Below are positions 61,526 through 64,000 of a DNA stretch of 64,000 nucleotides, piece after piece. Position numbers and translations under genes: made by a program. The stretch is from Alphaproteobacteria bacterium (lineage in GTDB: Bacteria > Pseudomonadota > Alphaproteobacteria > UBA8366 > GCA-2717185). Position 1 is the stretch's first letter. The number at the start of each line of letters is the position of its first letter. The notes below the pieces were generated by a model. That model saw only the letters and a list, made by a program, of their open reading frames with translations, was not told where the DNA came from and did no database searches. The stretch spans positions 8,255 to 72,254 of the forward strand of contig JBBDQU010000073.1 of assembly GCA_040905865.1 (NCBI GenBank). The letters run 5' to 3'.

Positions 61526-64000
61526 ATGTCCGATCTCGTCTTCCCGTTCAATCCGCAGCAACTGCCCCGCGCCGGGCATCCCGACTGGACCGAAACAGGT
61601 ATCGAACGGCTGCATGAAATTGCCGCCGGCGCACCGGAGGAAGCAGACTTCGTTGCAACCCTTTCCGCCAGCCCGGACGGCCGCCGACTGCTGCACGCGG
61701 TTTTCGGGAACAGCCCCTTCCTCGGCCATGCCTTTGAGAGGGAAACGCCGTTCATTCGCGACCTCCTCTGCCGGGGTCCGGACGCGGTTCTTGCGGCGCT
61801 GATCGGCCGGCTCGAGGCGGAAATCGGCGAAGACACCGGCGAAAGTCACGTCATGTCGGTCCTGCGGAAAATCCGGCAGCGGGTCGCGCTGCTGGTCGGG
61901 ATTGCCGATATGGCCGGGATGTGGTCCGTCACCCGTGTCACACAGGCACTTTCCGAGTTCGCCGACAGCGCCATCCGGCTCGCTGTCGGCCATGCATTGC
62001 GCGTCGCGGCGGCCCGCGGCGGCATCGTCCTGGCGGACAGCACCGATCCGAACCGGCATTCGGGTTTCGTCGTGCTGGGCATGGGCAAGCTCGGGGCGCG
62101 GGAACTCAACTATTCCAGCGATATCGACCTTATCGTCCTGTTCGATCCGGAAAAGGTTTCCGCGCCCGACAAGGCCGCGCTGACACAGATCTTTGTCCGG
62201 GTGACCCGGAGCATCGTGAAACTGCTGAGCGAGCGCACGGCGGACGGCTATGTCTTCCGGACCGACCTCCGCCTGCGCCCGGACCCCTCCTCGACCCCGC
62301 TCGCGGTTTCGATGGACGCGGCGCTCGATTACTACGAGAGCATGGGACAGAACTGGGAACGCGCCGCCATGATCAAGGCGCGGCCGGTCGCGGGCGACGT
62401 CGATACGGGGCACGAGTTCCTGGACCGGCTTCGACCCTACATCTGGCGCAAGCACCTTGATTTCGCCGCCATTCAGGATATCCATTCCATCAAGCGCCAG
62501 ATTACCGCGCAACGCGGCGGCGGCGAAATTGCCGTAAACGGCCATAATATCAAGCTGGGCCGCGGCGGAATCCGGGAGATCGAATTCTTTACCCAGACCC
62601 AGCAACTGATCTGGGGCGGGCGCGAACCCGAATTGCGGACTCCGGAAACCTGCCGGACCCTGCAGGGACTCGTAACGATCGGTCAGGTCACCCAGGATAC
62701 CGCCGACGGCATGGTCAGGGCCTATGAATATCTGCGGCGGGTCGAGCACCGGCTGCAGATGATCAATGACGAACAGACCCAGACGCTGCCGAAGCCGGAT
62801 GAGGATATCGAGGCCCTGGCAATTTTTCTCGGACACCGGGACGGCGCGGATTTTCGCGAAACGCTGGTGGAACACCTGCGCTTCGTCGAAAGCAATTATG
62901 CCGCCCTGTTCGAGGATTCGCCCGATCTCGGCGCCGGGGGCGCGCTGGTCTTTACCGGCGGGGAAGATCACCCGGAAACGGTGGAAACCCTCGAAAAAAT
63001 GGGCTTCAACGACGGCAGCCGGGTTTCCGCCATCATCCGCGGCTGGCATCGCGGACGATACCGGGCGACACGGGCGGAACGGTCGCGGCAGTTGCTGACC
63101 GAACTGGTCCCCATGTTGCTGCAGGCCCTGGCGCGTACGTCGGAACCGGACACGGCGTTGATCCGCTTCGATGCCTACCTGCGCGCCCAGCCCGCCGGCG
63201 TCCAGTTGTTTTCGCTGTTTACGGCGAATCCGCCGCTACTGGACCTGGTTGCGGAAATTCTGGGCAATGCGCCGCAATTATCCGACTGGCTGGTGCGTAG
63301 TCCATCCTGCCTCGATGCCGTCCTGGGCACTGATTTCGTCGATGAGATCCCGACGACGGCACTGTTGCGGGCCGATCTGGAACGCGCGCTGGAACAGGCG
63401 AACGATATCGAGGATGTGCTGGAATTGACCCGGCGCTGGGCCTATGAGCACAAGTTTCAGGCGGGCGTGCAGATCCTGCGCGGCGTGACCGATGGCCGCC
63501 GCGCGGGCCCGACCCTGACCGCCATTGCCGATGTTTCCATCACCCTTTTATGGGACGCCATCGAGGCGGAATTCATCCGCCTGCATGGCCGCGTAGCGGG
63601 CGGTGGCACAGCGTTGATCGCCATGGGGAAATTCGGCGGCGGCGAGTTGGCGCATCGGTCTGACATCGACATGGTCATGGTTTATGACCATGAACCGGAC
63701 GCCGGTGGTTCCGATGGCCCGAAGCCGCTGGTCCCCGGCCTGTATTTCACGCGGCTGGCGCAGCGGCTGATCGCGGGAATCACGGCTCGCACCAGCGAGG
63801 GACGGCTCTACGAGCTCGACATGCGGTTGCGCCCGTCCGGCAACAAGGGACCGATCGCATCGCGGCTGGACGGTTTCGCGCAATACCAGCGGGCAGATGC
63901 CTGGACCTGGGAACAGATGGCGTTGACCCGCGCCCGGGTGGTCACCGCCCCGGAACAGTTGCGCCAGTCCGTTGAGGGCATCATCCGCGAGTCGCTGACC
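61526..64000 (+). CDS. glnE: bifunctional glutamine synthetase adenylyltransferase/adenylyl-removing enzyme (5' part, runs off the window)
   Basis: Absent from the ORF track because no stop is reached. Frame is open from ATG 61526 to 64000 (825 codons). Nucleotidyltransferase motifs are present twice: GKLGARELNYSSDIDLIVLFD, and MGKFGGGELAHRSDIDMVMVYD near 63620. Confidence 0.9.
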   Translation, partial: MSDLVFPFNPQQLPRAGHPDWTETGIERLHEIAAGAPEEADFVATLSASPDGRRLLHAVFGNSPFLGHAFERETPFIRDLLCRGPDAVLAALIGRLEAEIGEDTGESHVMSVLRKIRQRVALLVGIADMAGMWSVTRVTQALSEFADSAIRLAVGHALRVAAARGGIVLADSTDPNRHSGFVVLGMGKLGARELNYSSDIDLIVLFDPEKVSAPDKAALTQIFVRVTRSIVKLLSERTADGYVFRTDLRLRPDPSSTPLAVSMDAALDYYESMGQNWERAAMIKARPVAGDVDTGHEFLDRLRPYIWRKHLDFAAIQDIHSIKRQITAQRGGGEIAVNGHNIKLGRGGIREIEFFTQTQQLIWGGREPELRTPETCRTLQGLVTIGQVTQDTADGMVRAYEYLRRVEHRLQMINDEQTQTLPKPDEDIEALAIFLGHRDGADFRETLVEHLRFVESNYAALFEDSPDLGAGGALVFTGGEDHPETVETLEKMGFNDGSRVSAIIRGWHRGRYRATRAERSRQLLTELVPMLLQALARTSEPDTALIRFDAYLRAQPAGVQLFSLFTANPPLLDLVAEILGNAPQLSDWLVRSPSCLDAVLGTDFVDEIPTTALLRADLERALEQANDIEDVLELTRRWAYEHKFQAGVQILRGVTDGRRAGPTLTAIADVSITLLWDAIEAEFIRLHGRVAGGGTALIAMGKFGGGELAHRSDIDMVMVYDHEPDAGGSDGPKPLVPGLYFTRLAQRLIAGITARTSEGRLYELDMRLRPSGNKGPIASRLDGFAQYQRADAWTWEQMALTRARVVTAPEQLRQSVEGIIRESLT

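Noticed and set aside
56528-63049. ORFs 56528..58021 (-), 58814..59971 (+) and 61508..63049 (-)
   Set aside because: They are antisense to tyrS, the AsmA-like gene and glnE respectively. glnE itself is missing from the track only because it has no in-window stop.

Overview
High-GC, tightly packed chromosomal segment with alphaproteobacteria-like gene content: about 60 CDS and 1 tRNA. I saw no CRISPR array, IS element, transposase, integrase or prophage genes. Housekeeping genes are glnS, prfC, mnmA, tyrS, anmK, cysE, a partial glnE, a complete Rrf2-sufBCDSUTA Fe-S operon, and a cysE / NifS-like / fdx / tenA block. Interleaved accessory blocks include two enolase-superfamily enzymes, a PrpF-like isomerase, a class-III aminotransferase with an Ntn acylase, and paired acyl-CoA dehydrogenases with a class II aldolase. 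They also include two TauD-type and one PhyH-type dioxygenase, two SDRs, a HisD paralogue, an orphan EgtB-like gene, BCCT, MFS and TauE transporters, a copper-resistance island and two cold-shock modules. Five things stand out. (1) A ~137-nt two-hairpin repeat occurs three times in the same orientation, with compensatory stem substitutions; two copies supply the last codons and stop of flanking genes. (2) There are three secreted DUF1194-type vWA paralogues. Two sit in tandem, translationally coupled to a cupin. The third sits in an apparent operon with a cNMP-binding/FHA fusion protein and an MFS transporter. (3) A CueR/MerR-type promoter is positioned so that a small His/Cys-rich ORF heading the cop island would be translated from a leaderless mRNA. 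(4) An orphan MoxR-ATPase / CoxE-like VWA pair is present. (5) The only obvious DNA-binding regulator in 64 kb is one Rrf2 protein. Many long ORFs in the supplied track are antisense shadows of real genes, as expected in high-GC DNA, and were rejected. All family calls rest on motifs read by eye and recalled family hallmarks; no database search was possible.
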